Assembly (NCBI GenBank): GCA_963790025.1
Contig: CAWBMP010000003.1
Span: 192,001-256,000 of the forward strand
Source: Nitrospirota bacterium
Lineage (GTDB): Bacteria; Nitrospirota; Thermodesulfovibrionia; Thermodesulfovibrionales; Dissulfurispiraceae
Direction: 5' to 3'
DNA length: 64,000 nt
Shown: positions 1-9,404 of the stretch, one piece after another
Position numbering within the stretch: the stretch's first letter is position 1
Layout: each line of letters starts with the position of its first letter
The notes under the pieces: generated by a model
What the model was told of the DNA's origin: nothing
The model's input: only the letters and a program-made list of their open reading frames with translations
The model's database searches: none
Translations under genes and position numbers: made by a program

Positions 1-937
1 TCGACAGCATTAATAGCATGGCTTCCCCCTCAATAAATTCAACAACAAAGCTCGAATGATGGGGAAGTCTTTTTTCAGGATGCCCTGTAAGATAAACATT
101 CGGCACCTTCAGCACACCCTCGATCAACGCATCCCTCAAGCCCCTGCAATGTTCCATTCTGTCCGGCAGTTCCCGTGCTGCAATCTCTGCCGCTTTGCCC
201 ATCCCGGCTATCGCAGGAACGTTCTCTGTACCGGCCCTTCTGCCGCCTTCCTGAATCCCGCCGTAAATCAGCGGGGCAACACGCAATCCTTCTCTTATAT
301 AAAGCGCACCGGCCCCTTTTGGGCCGTAAAACTGGTGTGCCGCCATGCTGAAAAGATCGACGCCGAGTTTTTTTATTTCAACCGGGATATTGCCGGTAGT
401 TGCCACACCATCCGCATGCATGGTAATCCCCCGCTCCTTTGCAATTATAGCGATCTCGCGAATGGGCTCTATGGTGCCGATTTCACTGCTGGCGTGAGTG
501 ACTGAAATAAGAATAGTCTCTTTGTTTATTGATTTTTTTACTGTATCAGGATCAACAGTCCCGTGTTTGTCAACAGGAAGATAGGTGACAACAAACCCGC
601 TTTTTTCGAGAAAGCGCGCCGAATTCAGAATTGAGTGGTGCTCAACCTTTGAGACAATGACGTGTTTACCCTGGTTCTGACGCGCAAAGGCTATGCCCCT
701 GAGTGCGAAGTTATTGGCTTCTGCGCCGCTTGAAGTAAAAACAACTGTGGAGGGTTTTACACTGATCAGGTTCGCTACCTGTCCCCGCGCCTTTTCTATA
801 GCATCCCTCGCGGTCCCGCCGAGGTCATAAACGCTCAGCGGGTTTCCAAAATCCTCTTTGAAATAAGGCATCATTGCATCCAGCACTTCCGGATGCAACG
901 GATTTGTCGCAACATGATCAAAATAACACCTTCTCAT
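1..937 (-). CDS. iscS: Cysteine desulfurase family protein (IscS/NifS-like), 3'-truncated by the window edge; atypical active site
   Basis: Not in the ORF track. Manual translation from ATG at 937: MRRCYFDHVATNPLHPEVLDAMMPYFKEDFGNPLS...FTSSGAEANN...VEHHS...AAHQFYGPKGAGALY...GGIQEGGRRAGTENVPAIAG...EGEAMLLML. Lies downstream of iscR-like and tusA-like genes. Confidence 0.9.
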   Translation of the reverse strand, partial: MRRCYFDHVATNPLHPEVLDAMMPYFKEDFGNPLSVYDLGGTARDAIEKARGQVANLISVKPSTVVFTSSGAEANNFALRGIAFARQNQGKHVIVSKVEHHSILNSARFLEKSGFVVTYLPVDKHGTVDPDTVKKSINKETILISVTHASSEIGTIEPIREIAIIAKERGITMHADGVATTGNIPVEIKKLGVDLFSMAAHQFYGPKGAGALYIREGLRVAPLIYGGIQEGGRRAGTENVPAIAGMGKAAEIAARELPDRMEHCRGLRDALIEGVLKVPNVYLTGHPEKRLPHHSSFVVEFIEGEAMLLMLS

Positions 938-965
938 AAATAATCTCCCTTAAAAAAGCAAAAAA

Positions 966-1265
966 TTAGCCACTTAATTGGGTCGTCCTCTGTGTCACTG
1001 TGCTCTCTGTGGTTAATTTTGCCGTTTTCCTTACATAAAACTTGTAATAGTCTTCATCCTCATCCAGCCCGATAAATTCGTTCCCTGTCCGTTCGCACCA
1101 TTGCGGAATGTCCTCAAGCGCACCATCATAGTCAGTCAATATCGCGAGCACCTGACCCTGATCAAGCCCTTTGATCATCTCATCGAGTTTGAGCAGATGC
1201 ATCGGACACATCATATATACAATATCAGCAGTAATGTCTGCCTTGACTCCATGGACGAATTTCAT
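966..1265 (-). CDS. tusA: TusA/SirA-family sulfur carrier
   Basis: DIVYMMCPMHLLK (CPxP motif appears as CPMH), GQVLAILTD, DIPQWC..TGNEF and YVRK match the TusA fold. The C-terminal tail runs into a repeat element. Confidence 0.8.
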   Translation of the reverse strand: MKFVHGVKADITADIVYMMCPMHLLKLDEMIKGLDQGQVLAILTDYDGALEDIPQWCERTGNEFIGLDEDEDYYKFYVRKTAKLTTESTVTQRTTQLSG

Positions 1266-1342
1266 ATCATCTTAAGGGCAGACAAAGGTAAAGGTAGAGG
1301 GTAAGATAAATACATGTTCTTAACCGTTGCCTTTATCTATGC

Positions 1343-1789
1343 CTATGCCTTTACCTTTATTTTTTCCTCTTCCTTTATTTTCAGATCGCCTGCCAGCAGG
1401 TTCCCCAATGTAATTGTCTTCAAGAAGGCTTCTATTTGCTCACCTAAAGCTTTCCAGAGCAGGTGAGTGACACAGTTATCCACTCTTATGCAGCCTTCCT
1501 CCGGATTAAGGCATGAAGTTATCGCTACCGGCCCTTCAAGCTCACTCACGATAGAGGCAATGCTGATTCTTTCGGGCCCTTTGCTCAAAAGATACCCTCC
1601 GCCCGGCCCTTTAACGCTTTTTATGAGTCCGGCTTTCCTGAGTTTATTCAATATCTGCTCAAGATAGGCAACAGAGACATCCTGTTTCTCAGATATTTCC
1701 TTGATGGTAACGGGCTGGACCGGGTAACCACGAGCTATTTCGTACATTGCCCTGACGCCATACTGCCCTTTTGTAGATAACCGCAGCAT
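1343..1789 (-). CDS. iscR: Rrf2-family transcriptional regulator, IscR-like
   Basis: MLRLSTKGQYGVRAM, YLEQIL, SVKGPGGGY; three Cys plus His (CLNPEEGCIRVDNCVTH) as in Fe-S-binding IscR. Confidence 0.85.
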   Translation of the reverse strand: MLRLSTKGQYGVRAMYEIARGYPVQPVTIKEISEKQDVSVAYLEQILNKLRKAGLIKSVKGPGGGYLLSKGPERISIASIVSELEGPVAITSCLNPEEGCIRVDNCVTHLLWKALGEQIEAFLKTITLGNLLAGDLKIKEEEKIKVKA

Positions 1790-1795
1790 ACGTCT

Positions 1796-1828
1796 ATGCT
1801 ATAAAACCCTACTGATTTTGTCAAGTAT
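1796..1828 (-). promoter_or_regulatory. Sigma-70 promoter overlapped by an IscR type-1-like operator
   Basis: Minus strand: TTGACA (1824-1819), 17 nt, TAGCAT (1801-1796). ATACTTGACAAAATCAGTAGGGTTT (1828-1804) matches 22/25 positions of the E. coli type-1 consensus ATASYYGACTRWWWYAGTCRRSTAT as I recall it. Confidence 0.7.
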
Positions 1829-1842
1829 TCATACAAAAAAAA

Positions 1843-1950
1843 CAGGCACTGGGTAATGGGCTAGAGGAAAACAAAAAGTGTAAAAACAAATTTACAGGTT
1901 TTTTTTATAATCCTATAGTCCTATAGCCCATTGCCCAGTGCCTGGTGCCT
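1843..1950. repeat. Intergenic inverted-repeat element built of ~7-nt subrepeats
   Basis: caggcactgggtaatgggctagag (1843-1866) pairs with ctatagcccattgcccagtgcctg (1921-1944) around an AT-rich spacer. Confidence 0.7.
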
Positions 1951-1954
1951 GCCT

Positions 1955-2293
1955 TCACCTGCCTTTTTCAGGTCTCAATTCATGCATTCTTCTTTCTTCC
2001 GGGCTCATCCCTATTTCATTCATCATATCCTGGGCTCTTTGGAGTTTCATAGTTGCTTTCTCATCGATACGGCATTGTTCCAGTTCCTCAACTGTTTTAG
2101 CCTGAGACACGCAACTTTTTGTCGTATGCAAACTATGCTCAAACAGTTCGATATTGCTAAGTATTTCTTTTTTGTTCTTCTCAATAGCGGGTTCCTGTTG
2201 AGACGCCTCTTCTGAGATCGCGGAATGAACAGAGAAGAGACATAAGAAAATAAAAGCCGACACCAATAAATAAAAACCTTTTTTAAAAGTCAC
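1955..2293 (-). CDS. Small secreted helical hypothetical protein
   Basis: Signal-peptide-like N-terminus, charged helical body with a Cys pair (SCVSQAKTVEELEQCR), purine-rich SD-like sequence upstream of GTG. Confidence 0.6.
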   Translation of the reverse strand: MTFKKGFYLLVSAFIFLCLFSVHSAISEEASQQEPAIEKNKKEILSNIELFEHSLHTTKSCVSQAKTVEELEQCRIDEKATMKLQRAQDMMNEIGMSPEERRMHELRPEKGR

Positions 2294-2561
2294 TTCCTAC
2301 CCCCTTTTGGGGCTCTCGGGAAAATACCTCAAACCCTCTTTTAACTCCATTTATTCTATAGCAGATTAAACCCGCATTGTCAATTGACACGGTAGTGGGC
2401 CAGTTTGTTTTTGCTCTGGATCACCTGGGTTATCAGTAGCGGTCTGCGGGATGACAAAAATTCGGCCCTGTTGTTTATTATCCTCTTTTTGATATACTAA
2501 TTCTGTTGTCTTGATAATTGCATTGATATGCGTATATAGCGGCCCATAACCCGGAGAATTA

Positions 2562-4400
2562 ATGCAGGGACGTTTCATACATACGATTCAGTTTGTCTTT
2601 GCCGCTTTGTCGGCGGTTGTTGTCATTGCGTCAACAGAAACTCCGTCGTATTCGCAGGAGCAAAGCAACCCTCAACCTACATTAACAACGCCCGACATCC
2701 TGCAAAACCAGCCCGTTCAGCCACCTCCAGCGCAACCACCTGTGCCACCCTCGCCTGTTCAGTTACCGCCCACACCACTTGTTCAGTCGCCTCCGGCACA
2801 ACCACCTGTGCCACCCTCGCCTGTTCAGTTACCGCCCACACCACTTATTAAGGCGCCTCCGGCACAACCACCTGTTGGGCCGCCGACTCTGCCGACGCCT
2901 GTCCGGCCACCTGTATCCGGTCAGCACTCAAGTCTGTTATCGGGAATGAAAAGAGGCGATATCAGTTTCAATTTCGATGATGCAGATATCTATGAAGTCA
3001 TACAGACAGTTTTCGGGGACATCCTGAAGAAGAATTATATGGTGGACCCTTCTGTTAAAGGAAGGATCACCTTCAGAACAGTCAGTGCTGTCCCCAAAGA
3101 CGACGTGCTGTCACTTATGGAGATACTGCTCAAAATGAACGGCGCAGGCTTTATTGAGGAAAACGGACTCTATAAGATACTTCCAGTTGATCAAATACCC
3201 GGCACCACACCCAAAGTTTTTGTCTATCCACTGCAAAACAGCAAGGCAACTCATATAGCGCAGCTCCTGCAATCAATATTCACTGCTGGCAGCAGCACTC
3301 CAGGGTCCACTGTGCCGCCACCGCCCCAGCCATCCCAGGCAACTACAACCGTCACCAAGACAGGCGGCACCGCTTTTTCGCTGGGGTCCGGGCATTTGGT
3401 GGGCCCAAATACAAAGGTGCTTGCCGATGAGATAACCAACTCGCTGATTGTCCTGTCCACGCAGGACGATTATAATTTTATTGAAGAAACTGTGAAGAAA
3501 CTCGACACAACCCCCCGCCAGGTAATGATCGAGGTGCTTATAGCGGAAATAACCCTGACAAACGAATTTCAGTTTGGCCTGGAATGGGTCATGCAAAACG
3601 CAACAAAAATCCATATTCCCGGCATCGCAAGACCTGTAACCGCAGCCGGACCTATAGGACAAAACTCAAATTTGCTGTCGTCGTCATCCGTTAGTTTGCC
3701 GAACGGCATTTCGGGTTTCTCCTGGGCCTTGCAAGATGCTTCGGGCAATGTAAAGACCCTGCTGCAAAGTCTTGCGTCGGAAGATTTGCTAACCGTGCTT
3801 GCCTCTCCCCATATCCTTGCCGCCGATAACCGCGAGGCGCGCATACAGATCGGCAGTCAGGTCCCCATAGCCACATCGCAGGCAACAGCAGTAGGCACAT
3901 CGAACAGCATCCTGTCCACCATCCAGTATAAAGACATCGGCACTATCCTGAAGGTAAAGCCCCAGATCAACGAGAGCGGACTCGTTGCCATGGAAGTGTC
4001 ACAGGAGGTATCCGATTTCTCCACGCAGAATGTGCTCGGCACCTCCCAGTTTATCTTTTCTAAACGAGAGGCAACTACCAACCTTGTAGCTCAGGACGGC
4101 CAGACCATAGTGATCGGGGGTCTTATACAGGACAACATAGACAAGAGCAAGTCAGGCATACCATTTCTGAACAGTATCCCGATACTGGGCTATCTCTTCG
4201 GCACAAATGATAATAAACGGACAAAAACGGAAATCATTGTCCTGCTTACACCGCACGTTATCAAGAACCAGGACGATTCAAACAAAGTATCAACCGATTA
4301 CATAAACAGACTTAAAGGTGATAATAAAACTAATAAAGACTTAAACATCGACAAATATACCCAACAACCCGCTGAAAGTACACCGCAAAATAGCAAATAA
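2562..4400 (+). CDS. gspD: Type II secretion secretin GspD with proline-rich N-terminal linker
   Basis: N0 (ISFNFDDADIYEVI), one N domain (VYPLQNSKATHIAQLL...ADEITNSLIV), secretin core (QVMIEVLIAEI, YKDIGTILKVKPQIN, GIPFLNSIPILGYLF, EIIVLLTPHVI). Confidence 0.95.
   Translation: MQGRFIHTIQFVFAALSAVVVIASTETPSYSQEQSNPQPTLTTPDILQNQPVQPPPAQPPVPPSPVQLPPTPLVQSPPAQPPVPPSPVQLPPTPLIKAPPAQPPVGPPTLPTPVRPPVSGQHSSLLSGMKRGDISFNFDDADIYEVIQTVFGDILKKNYMVDPSVKGRITFRTVSAVPKDDVLSLMEILLKMNGAGFIEENGLYKILPVDQIPGTTPKVFVYPLQNSKATHIAQLLQSIFTAGSSTPGSTVPPPPQPSQATTTVTKTGGTAFSLGSGHLVGPNTKVLADEITNSLIVLSTQDDYNFIEETVKKLDTTPRQVMIEVLIAEITLTNEFQFGLEWVMQNATKIHIPGIARPVTAAGPIGQNSNLLSSSSVSLPNGISGFSWALQDASGNVKTLLQSLASEDLLTVLASPHILAADNREARIQIGSQVPIATSQATAVGTSNSILSTIQYKDIGTILKVKPQINESGLVAMEVSQEVSDFSTQNVLGTSQFIFSKREATTNLVAQDGQTIVIGGLIQDNIDKSKSGIPFLNSIPILGYLFGTNDNKRTKTEIIVLLTPHVIKNQDDSNKVSTDYINRLKGDNKTNKDLNIDKYTQQPAESTPQNSK
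2724..2875 (+). repeat. 66-bp in-frame tandem repeat (~2.3 copies) in gspD
   Basis: Units start at 2724, 2790 and 2856 and encode PPAQPPVPPSPVQLPPTPL(VQS/IKA). Confidence 0.9.
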
Positions 4401-4448
4401 GTGCAAACATGAAAGGACCGGGTAGAAGACTGGTCGGGTCCATACTGT

Positions 4449-5084
4449 TTATCTGTTCATATGCGGCGTGATAGCTCTCCTGCCGAGGTTGGGCGGAGTA
4501 GAACCAGTACTAGAAGCAGGAGCACCAGGCACGGAAGGAACAGCAGCAGCGGTTTTTGCCGCTGTCTCTTTTCCCCTGTCTTTAGGGTCCGCGAGCATGA
4601 CTGTCATGACCTCTTTGTCCCTGACCATAACAACCCTGTCAGGCTCAACGCTTTTCAGCACAAAACCGCTCAATGTTTCTCCTTTTTTAAGCACCCGGGT
4701 CCGATTGCCCCTTCCCGGCGTGCTCACCGGGGCCTTCTTATCAACCATATAGGCCAGACCCGTTTCATCGGTGATCAAGGTGCCGTAAAGCACGAATTCA
4801 GGTATGGGCAGGGGTTTTGCAGCCACCTTTTCAGGTGGTATCTTCCTGTCTGGATGGAAAAGGTTCTGATCAGCGATCAGCGCATAGTCAATGAGAGATT
4901 GAGCAGGTTCGGCCTTCGTCTTCCGGGCATTCTCTGTTACCGGCGCCGCCTTTACAGCTGGTGGCGTAATCCTCAACGTCTTGACAACCGGAGGTGAAAA
5001 AACATACTGGGCTGATGCAACTGCAACTGCCACCAAAAGTATATTAAGCAGATTAATGCTTCTCAAAATATAGCCCGGCATCAT
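4449..5084 (-). CDS. T2SS GspC/GspN-like (PilP/HR-domain) protein
   Basis: N-terminal TM, NLFHPDR, FVLYGTLI, RVLKKGETLSGFVLKSVEPDRVVM; last gene of the gsp run. Confidence 0.65.
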   Translation of the reverse strand: MMPGYILRSINLLNILLVAVAVASAQYVFSPPVVKTLRITPPAVKAAPVTENARKTKAEPAQSLIDYALIADQNLFHPDRKIPPEKVAAKPLPIPEFVLYGTLITDETGLAYMVDKKAPVSTPGRGNRTRVLKKGETLSGFVLKSVEPDRVVMVRDKEVMTVMLADPKDRGKETAAKTAAAVPSVPGAPASSTGSTPPNLGRRAITPHMNR

Positions 5085-5656
5085 CTCCCCCCGGCCAGCG
5101 CCGATACGTCCAGCTTCACCGATAGCTCTCTGGGATCATTGAAATTCTTGATGCGTGCATCAAGTTCCTTTACCACAAGGTACGGGGTCCGCGTCTCGAT
5201 TGCATAAAGGACATCAGCCAGTGCCCGAGTATCAGGAAATGTTACGTCCATGCTGACGTTGATCACCGTGAATTTTCCAAGCGTCTCGGGTTTGCTCACA
5301 CGCTCGCTCGATGTTGTTCCGCCCCTCGCAGTGATCATACCTTTCACCGTTTCACTCAAAGACGCAGCTATAATGGACGGGGTCTGCCCCTCCATTAGTT
5401 TTGAGTTTTCTGTCTTCCTTAATTCTTTAAGTGCCGCAAGCTGTTTTTGCAATTCCGGCTTTTCCGCAACAAGCGCCGTATATTTGGCGAGCGTTCTGCT
5501 CTTGGCCGTCTCTTCTTCCTTCATGACGGCCAACTGCGACTGAACTCTCTGATAGCCGTACTGGTACGCAACAAGAACTAAAAGTATCACGATCAGCGGT
5601 ATCGAAAATAACAGGAGTCTATTTTTTTCCATTTTGACTCTCTGGCCCTTTGACAC
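5081..5656 (-). CDS. gspM: T2SS GspM (PilO-like)
   Basis: TM, coiled coil, then ferredoxin-like C-terminal domain; follows gspL. Confidence 0.75.
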   Translation of the reverse strand: MSKGQRVKMEKNRLLLFSIPLIVILLVLVAYQYGYQRVQSQLAVMKEEETAKSRTLAKYTALVAEKPELQKQLAALKELRKTENSKLMEGQTPSIIAASLSETVKGMITARGGTTSSERVSKPETLGKFTVINVSMDVTFPDTRALADVLYAIETRTPYLVVKELDARIKNFNDPRELSVKLDVSALAGGR

Positions 5657-5670
5657 TCTGACACTGTCTT

Positions 5671-7251
5671 TTATTGCTTTGCATTCGTTTTTCCCTGTGT
5701 CCGGCTTAAAGCACGGCCTGGAGGCCCTGCCTGCTGGCCTCTACTGCCGGCTGCTGTCGGCTGGGTTTGTTTTATTCCCTTGATTTCCATTTTTATACTA
5801 AACCGGTCTGAGTTCATGCGAACGTCCCTGAACGTCGGAGTAGAGAACTCTGCCTTGCCAAAATATTGCGATGCCTCGAGCCTGGACAAGAGTTCAGAGG
5901 CGGATTTTGAATAACCCTCGATCTCTGCCCTCGATTCTATTATCCTGAATCTCGTAAGCCAGGCCGACTTGGGAAGGACCACTGTCAGTTCTTTCAGTAT
6001 AGTTAGCACCAGCGGCCTGCTTTCCTTGAATCCGTTGATTCTTGCTATCTCTCCATTAACAGCTTCTATTTCCTTTTTCAGTGCCTCGGAATTCTTCGCT
6101 TCTGCCTTGCCAAGCTTTATCTGACGATCAATCGCCGCAAGCCTTTGCTCTTCAACCTGTATCGGTGCCAGAAAGTATCCAATGCCCAGGGCCAGCAGGA
6201 TCGCCACAAGGATTGCTGTCAATGCCAGGGGTATCTCTGCCTTTGCACGCCGTCCCCTTGTGAGCAGATCCAGCTTTCCCGACCCAGGGCTCAATGATTC
6301 CATCATTCCGCCTGTCGCCGGATAAGCAGCTTCCTTTTGTTCATCCAGCATTACTACCGGAATTCCCAATCCCGTCCGCACCCTCTCCCTTAAAGCCGGC
6401 CTGCCGTCCCTGAGCAAGGCGTATATATGCCGGTCATTGCTTCCATCCTTTGCTGCGGCCATCAGCGGTTTTATATCAGCCGCTATCCTTTCGGCCCTCG
6501 ATTTGTCGTCTTCAGCTGAAAACCTCCAGCTGACTACTTCATGCAGGGTGCCGCCCAGGAACAGCGCACCTTCGTAGTCATCCCCCTCCGTCCCGATAAA
6601 TAGAAAATCCCCCTGTTTGCTCCCTTTGCTGATAGTCCGGCACAACTCCCCCATACCCGCGATATTCAACGTAACACTGTCCACTATGTACCCCTGTTCT
6701 CCAAGCGCCCCGATGTATTCGTTTATTTGTTCCACTTTCGCTGCTGAGATTACTATTTTTATCTTCCCGGCACTCTCACCTGCTATGGTGAAGTCATAAA
6801 AAGCCTCCTCAGGTTTGAAGGGCAGGAGCCTGTCGAACTCATAAGTTACGGCATTGGATATGTTCTCCCTGACAGCAGCCGGGAATTCGGCAGACCTGAT
6901 TATGGCCCAGGCCTTCGGGATGCTCAGGGTGACGCCTGCTCCCGTAACACCGAGTTCCTTTGCAGCCAATGTTACCGCGGAGGCCACCTCTTTCGGCAGA
7001 GGGTAGGCATGGTCGGCAGACGGGTAATGTTTTACTCCCCTGACCGTAAGGGACGACAGAAAGCGCGTGCCGTATGCTACCGACACGCCGCTCCTTTCAA
7101 CAGCCACGCAGAGGGCCTTCCTCAATGCGATCCGGTCATCCGCAGCGCTGAAAACAAAGATGTCCCTTAGAGGGACGGCAATTCTGCCTATCCACGATAA
7201 TGTATTATCAATAAATGGGCCTATCTTCCTGATAGCTTCTATTTTGTTCAT
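5671..7251 (-). CDS. gspL: T2SS GspL (PilM/PilN-like)
   Basis: Actin-like cytoplasmic domain (YEFDRLLPFKPEEAFYDF), TM, PilN-like domain (ILKELTVVLPKSAWLTRF...IEGYSKSASELL). Confidence 0.8.
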   Translation of the reverse strand: MNKIEAIRKIGPFIDNTLSWIGRIAVPLRDIFVFSAADDRIALRKALCVAVERSGVSVAYGTRFLSSLTVRGVKHYPSADHAYPLPKEVASAVTLAAKELGVTGAGVTLSIPKAWAIIRSAEFPAAVRENISNAVTYEFDRLLPFKPEEAFYDFTIAGESAGKIKIVISAAKVEQINEYIGALGEQGYIVDSVTLNIAGMGELCRTISKGSKQGDFLFIGTEGDDYEGALFLGGTLHEVVSWRFSAEDDKSRAERIAADIKPLMAAAKDGSNDRHIYALLRDGRPALRERVRTGLGIPVVMLDEQKEAAYPATGGMMESLSPGSGKLDLLTRGRRAKAEIPLALTAILVAILLALGIGYFLAPIQVEEQRLAAIDRQIKLGKAEAKNSEALKKEIEAVNGEIARINGFKESRPLVLTILKELTVVLPKSAWLTRFRIIESRAEIEGYSKSASELLSRLEASQYFGKAEFSTPTFRDVRMNSDRFSIKMEIKGIKQTQPTAAGSRGQQAGPPGRALSRTQGKTNAKQ

Positions 7252-7282
7252 CGTACTTTGTATGTGGTCCTTATTCCGTTTT

Positions 7283-8230
7283 TTAGTGTACTCTGTATGC
7301 CGGGCTTTTATAATACACGTATTTGCATTTATTCTGGATGTCGATGATTACAGTCGCTTTGACAGGATAGCCGGCTTTCTCGTCTCCTTTGAGCCCCTGC
7401 GATTCCACAGTGAAGACGTTGGTTTCATCCACAGTAATATAGGGGACAATAAGACTGTAACCGCCTGCGACTATCTGCTGGACTGCATCCAACTTCTTTA
7501 TGGGCTGGTCCTGCCGGGTCTTGATTATCTGATCAGCCAGGTCCGCAGTCATGCCGGGCAGGGCCATTATGACTTCTTTCGATGCATAGTTGAGGTTCAC
7601 AAGAGTACTCTTGGAGTTCACTGTTAGAAAATCAATGATGCCCTTTTGATTGCCGTCTCCGTAAAGTATGGCAGGAGTCACTCCCTTGACGAGCAGAAGT
7701 TCCTCAATAGTGTCGAAATCGGCCTTCTTCGTTTTGTATGGATTTGGCAGCGACATATAATAATCATCTCCTGCGCCATTAAGCCGTGTCAAGCCGCTGG
7801 GGTCTTTGAAGTCCATTATGGAGTCCACAATCTTATCGGCTTCATCGTCCTTTATTCCGATGTTCAGAAGCAAGTTTTTCAGCAATATATCAGGGACCTT
7901 GTTGATGTCCAGTTTGCCAGATTCTCCCATGATACTAACCGAATAACGTCCTTCGCCCACATGATCTGTATATGTAGTGCCGTCGGCCCCCCACACTTCC
8001 ATGCCCGGCAATATTATCTCATTATTCAAATTTTGCCTGCGATAAATGATCTCGAATATTCCCCGCTCGATGCCGGCATCTGCAAGCAATTTTCTTTCCG
8101 CATTGTCCCTGAAAACCATGGAGGCATGCGTTTCCGTCCTGGCAAGAAAAGAAAAAGACAGCACCAGGACCATGAGAATCGCCAGCGCCCACATGACCAC
8201 GAACAGGGCAATGCCGTCATTCCTACCCAT
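7283..8230 (-). CDS. gspK: T2SS minor pseudopilin GspK
   Basis: Likely start MGRNDG|IALFVVMW at 8230; ESGKLDIN, IVDSIMDF, FDTIEELLLVKGVT, VNLNYASKEV. Confidence 0.9.
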   Translation of the reverse strand: MGRNDGIALFVVMWALAILMVLVLSFSFLARTETHASMVFRDNAERKLLADAGIERGIFEIIYRRQNLNNEIILPGMEVWGADGTTYTDHVGEGRYSVSIMGESGKLDINKVPDILLKNLLLNIGIKDDEADKIVDSIMDFKDPSGLTRLNGAGDDYYMSLPNPYKTKKADFDTIEELLLVKGVTPAILYGDGNQKGIIDFLTVNSKSTLVNLNYASKEVIMALPGMTADLADQIIKTRQDQPIKKLDAVQQIVAGGYSLIVPYITVDETNVFTVESQGLKGDEKAGYPVKATVIIDIQNKCKYVYYKSPAYRVH

Positions 8231-8846
8231 TGGTGACATTGGCAATCGACACGGTTGCATCCTGCGGACCCCCTACTTTCATCGGAATTATCAGCAATGT
8301 CTCGCTGCGCCCATTGACAAGATGCAGACGGATTTTATCAGGCATTGTGTCGGTGCCGGACCACTGGTCAGTCCACGTGCCCTTTTCGTCTGTAGGACCT
8401 TTATAGAAATATTCAAAATAGATATGATCCAGGAAGTCAAAAAGCCTCACATCTCCCCTGCCAGGTTCTCCTGTAGCGCTCTCTTCAACATGCAATTCCT
8501 GCTTTCCCCATGCATCGGACATTACCTTATAACTTACCATCACGTATCCGCGCCGGCCGCTCCAAAGGGAATAATTGCTGGGGAACTGCATGGATAAGCC
8601 GTCGCCTTTAAACAAAAAAGTCTGTCCCGCTTCTTCCTGTGTTGCAATTACCAATGCCGATTGTATCTGTGAATCGACGATATTCAAAGATGCCCTGAAC
8701 CTTTCGAGCGATCCTATCCTTCTTTCTCCGGAATCCACAGTCCGCAAGCCGAGCCGCATGGCCAGACCGATAATCACTATAATAATTCCGATCATGGTAA
8801 CGGATATCAGCAGCTCGATAAGCGTATAACCATTATTTTTTTTCAT
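8223..8846 (-). CDS. gspJ: T2SS minor pseudopilin GspJ
   Basis: Class III signal NNG|YTLIELLIS; position between gspI and gspK. Confidence 0.8.
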   Translation of the reverse strand: MKKNNGYTLIELLISVTMIGIIIVIIGLAMRLGLRTVDSGERRIGSLERFRASLNIVDSQIQSALVIATQEEAGQTFLFKGDGLSMQFPSNYSLWSGRRGYVMVSYKVMSDAWGKQELHVEESATGEPGRGDVRLFDFLDHIYFEYFYKGPTDEKGTWTDQWSGTDTMPDKIRLHLVNGRSETLLIIPMKVGGPQDATVSIANVTNG

Positions 8847-8873
8847 TTGTTTCTTAACTCTGACACTGTTGGA

Positions 8874-9404
8874 TTAAATTTCCTTCTTCACTACTTTCAG
8901 GGTCCTGACAGTCAGCCATCTGTCCCATGGTCCTTTTCTCCACAGTACCGTGATTCCTATGTCAAGCATCCTTACCTGCAGGTTATCAGCCTTTTCTTTA
9001 AGCGTCTCTTTTACAGAAGCGTTTATCCGGTAGCCGTCATCGGTAACTTCACTCCAGTCCTTCTCCGCAAGAGCATCGTCGGCAAGCAGTTCCCGCATCC
9101 TGGACTCCGCTTTCACAACTGCGGCAACATAATCCTGAGAGACCGTTATGCCCCTGAGGTCTGCAGAAAAGAGCCGCACTATGATAAGCAAGGCTATGGC
9201 CACAAGTGCAAGCGCCACAAGAATTTCGACTAAGGTGAAACCGGAAACCGGTGCACATCGTTCGACGTTCTTCGTTCTGCGCTCTCGCACCCCAAAAAGT
9301 CTGCAACTTTTCGGGGACCCCCTCTGCACCCCAAAAAGTCTGCAACTTTTCGGGGACCCCGTCTTTGACAGAATATCAGATAACGTGAATTTACAGAGTG
9401 CCAT
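8874..9404 (-). CDS. gspI: T2SS minor pseudopilin GspI with 55-aa repeat-containing leader
   Basis: SG|FTLVEILVALA; ATG overlaps the gspH stop (TAATG). Confidence 0.85.
   Translation of the reverse strand: MALCKFTLSDILSKTGSPKSCRLFGVQRGSPKSCRLFGVRERRTKNVERCAPVSGFTLVEILVALALVAIALLIIVRLFSADLRGITVSQDYVAAVVKAESRMRELLADDALAEKDWSEVTDDGYRINASVKETLKEKADNLQVRMLDIGITVLWRKGPWDRWLTVRTLKVVKKEI
9287..9360. repeat. Two tandem 35-bp palindromic units (39-bp period) in the gspI leader
   Basis: gcaccccaaaaagtctgcaacttttcggggacccc at 9287-9321 and 9326-9360. Confidence 0.95.

Noticed and set aside
56..505. Plus-strand 149-aa ORF and other long antisense ORFs (e.g. 11548..12513, 28579..29487, 56206..57108)
   Set aside because: They lie opposite well-supported genes and have no recognisable motifs.
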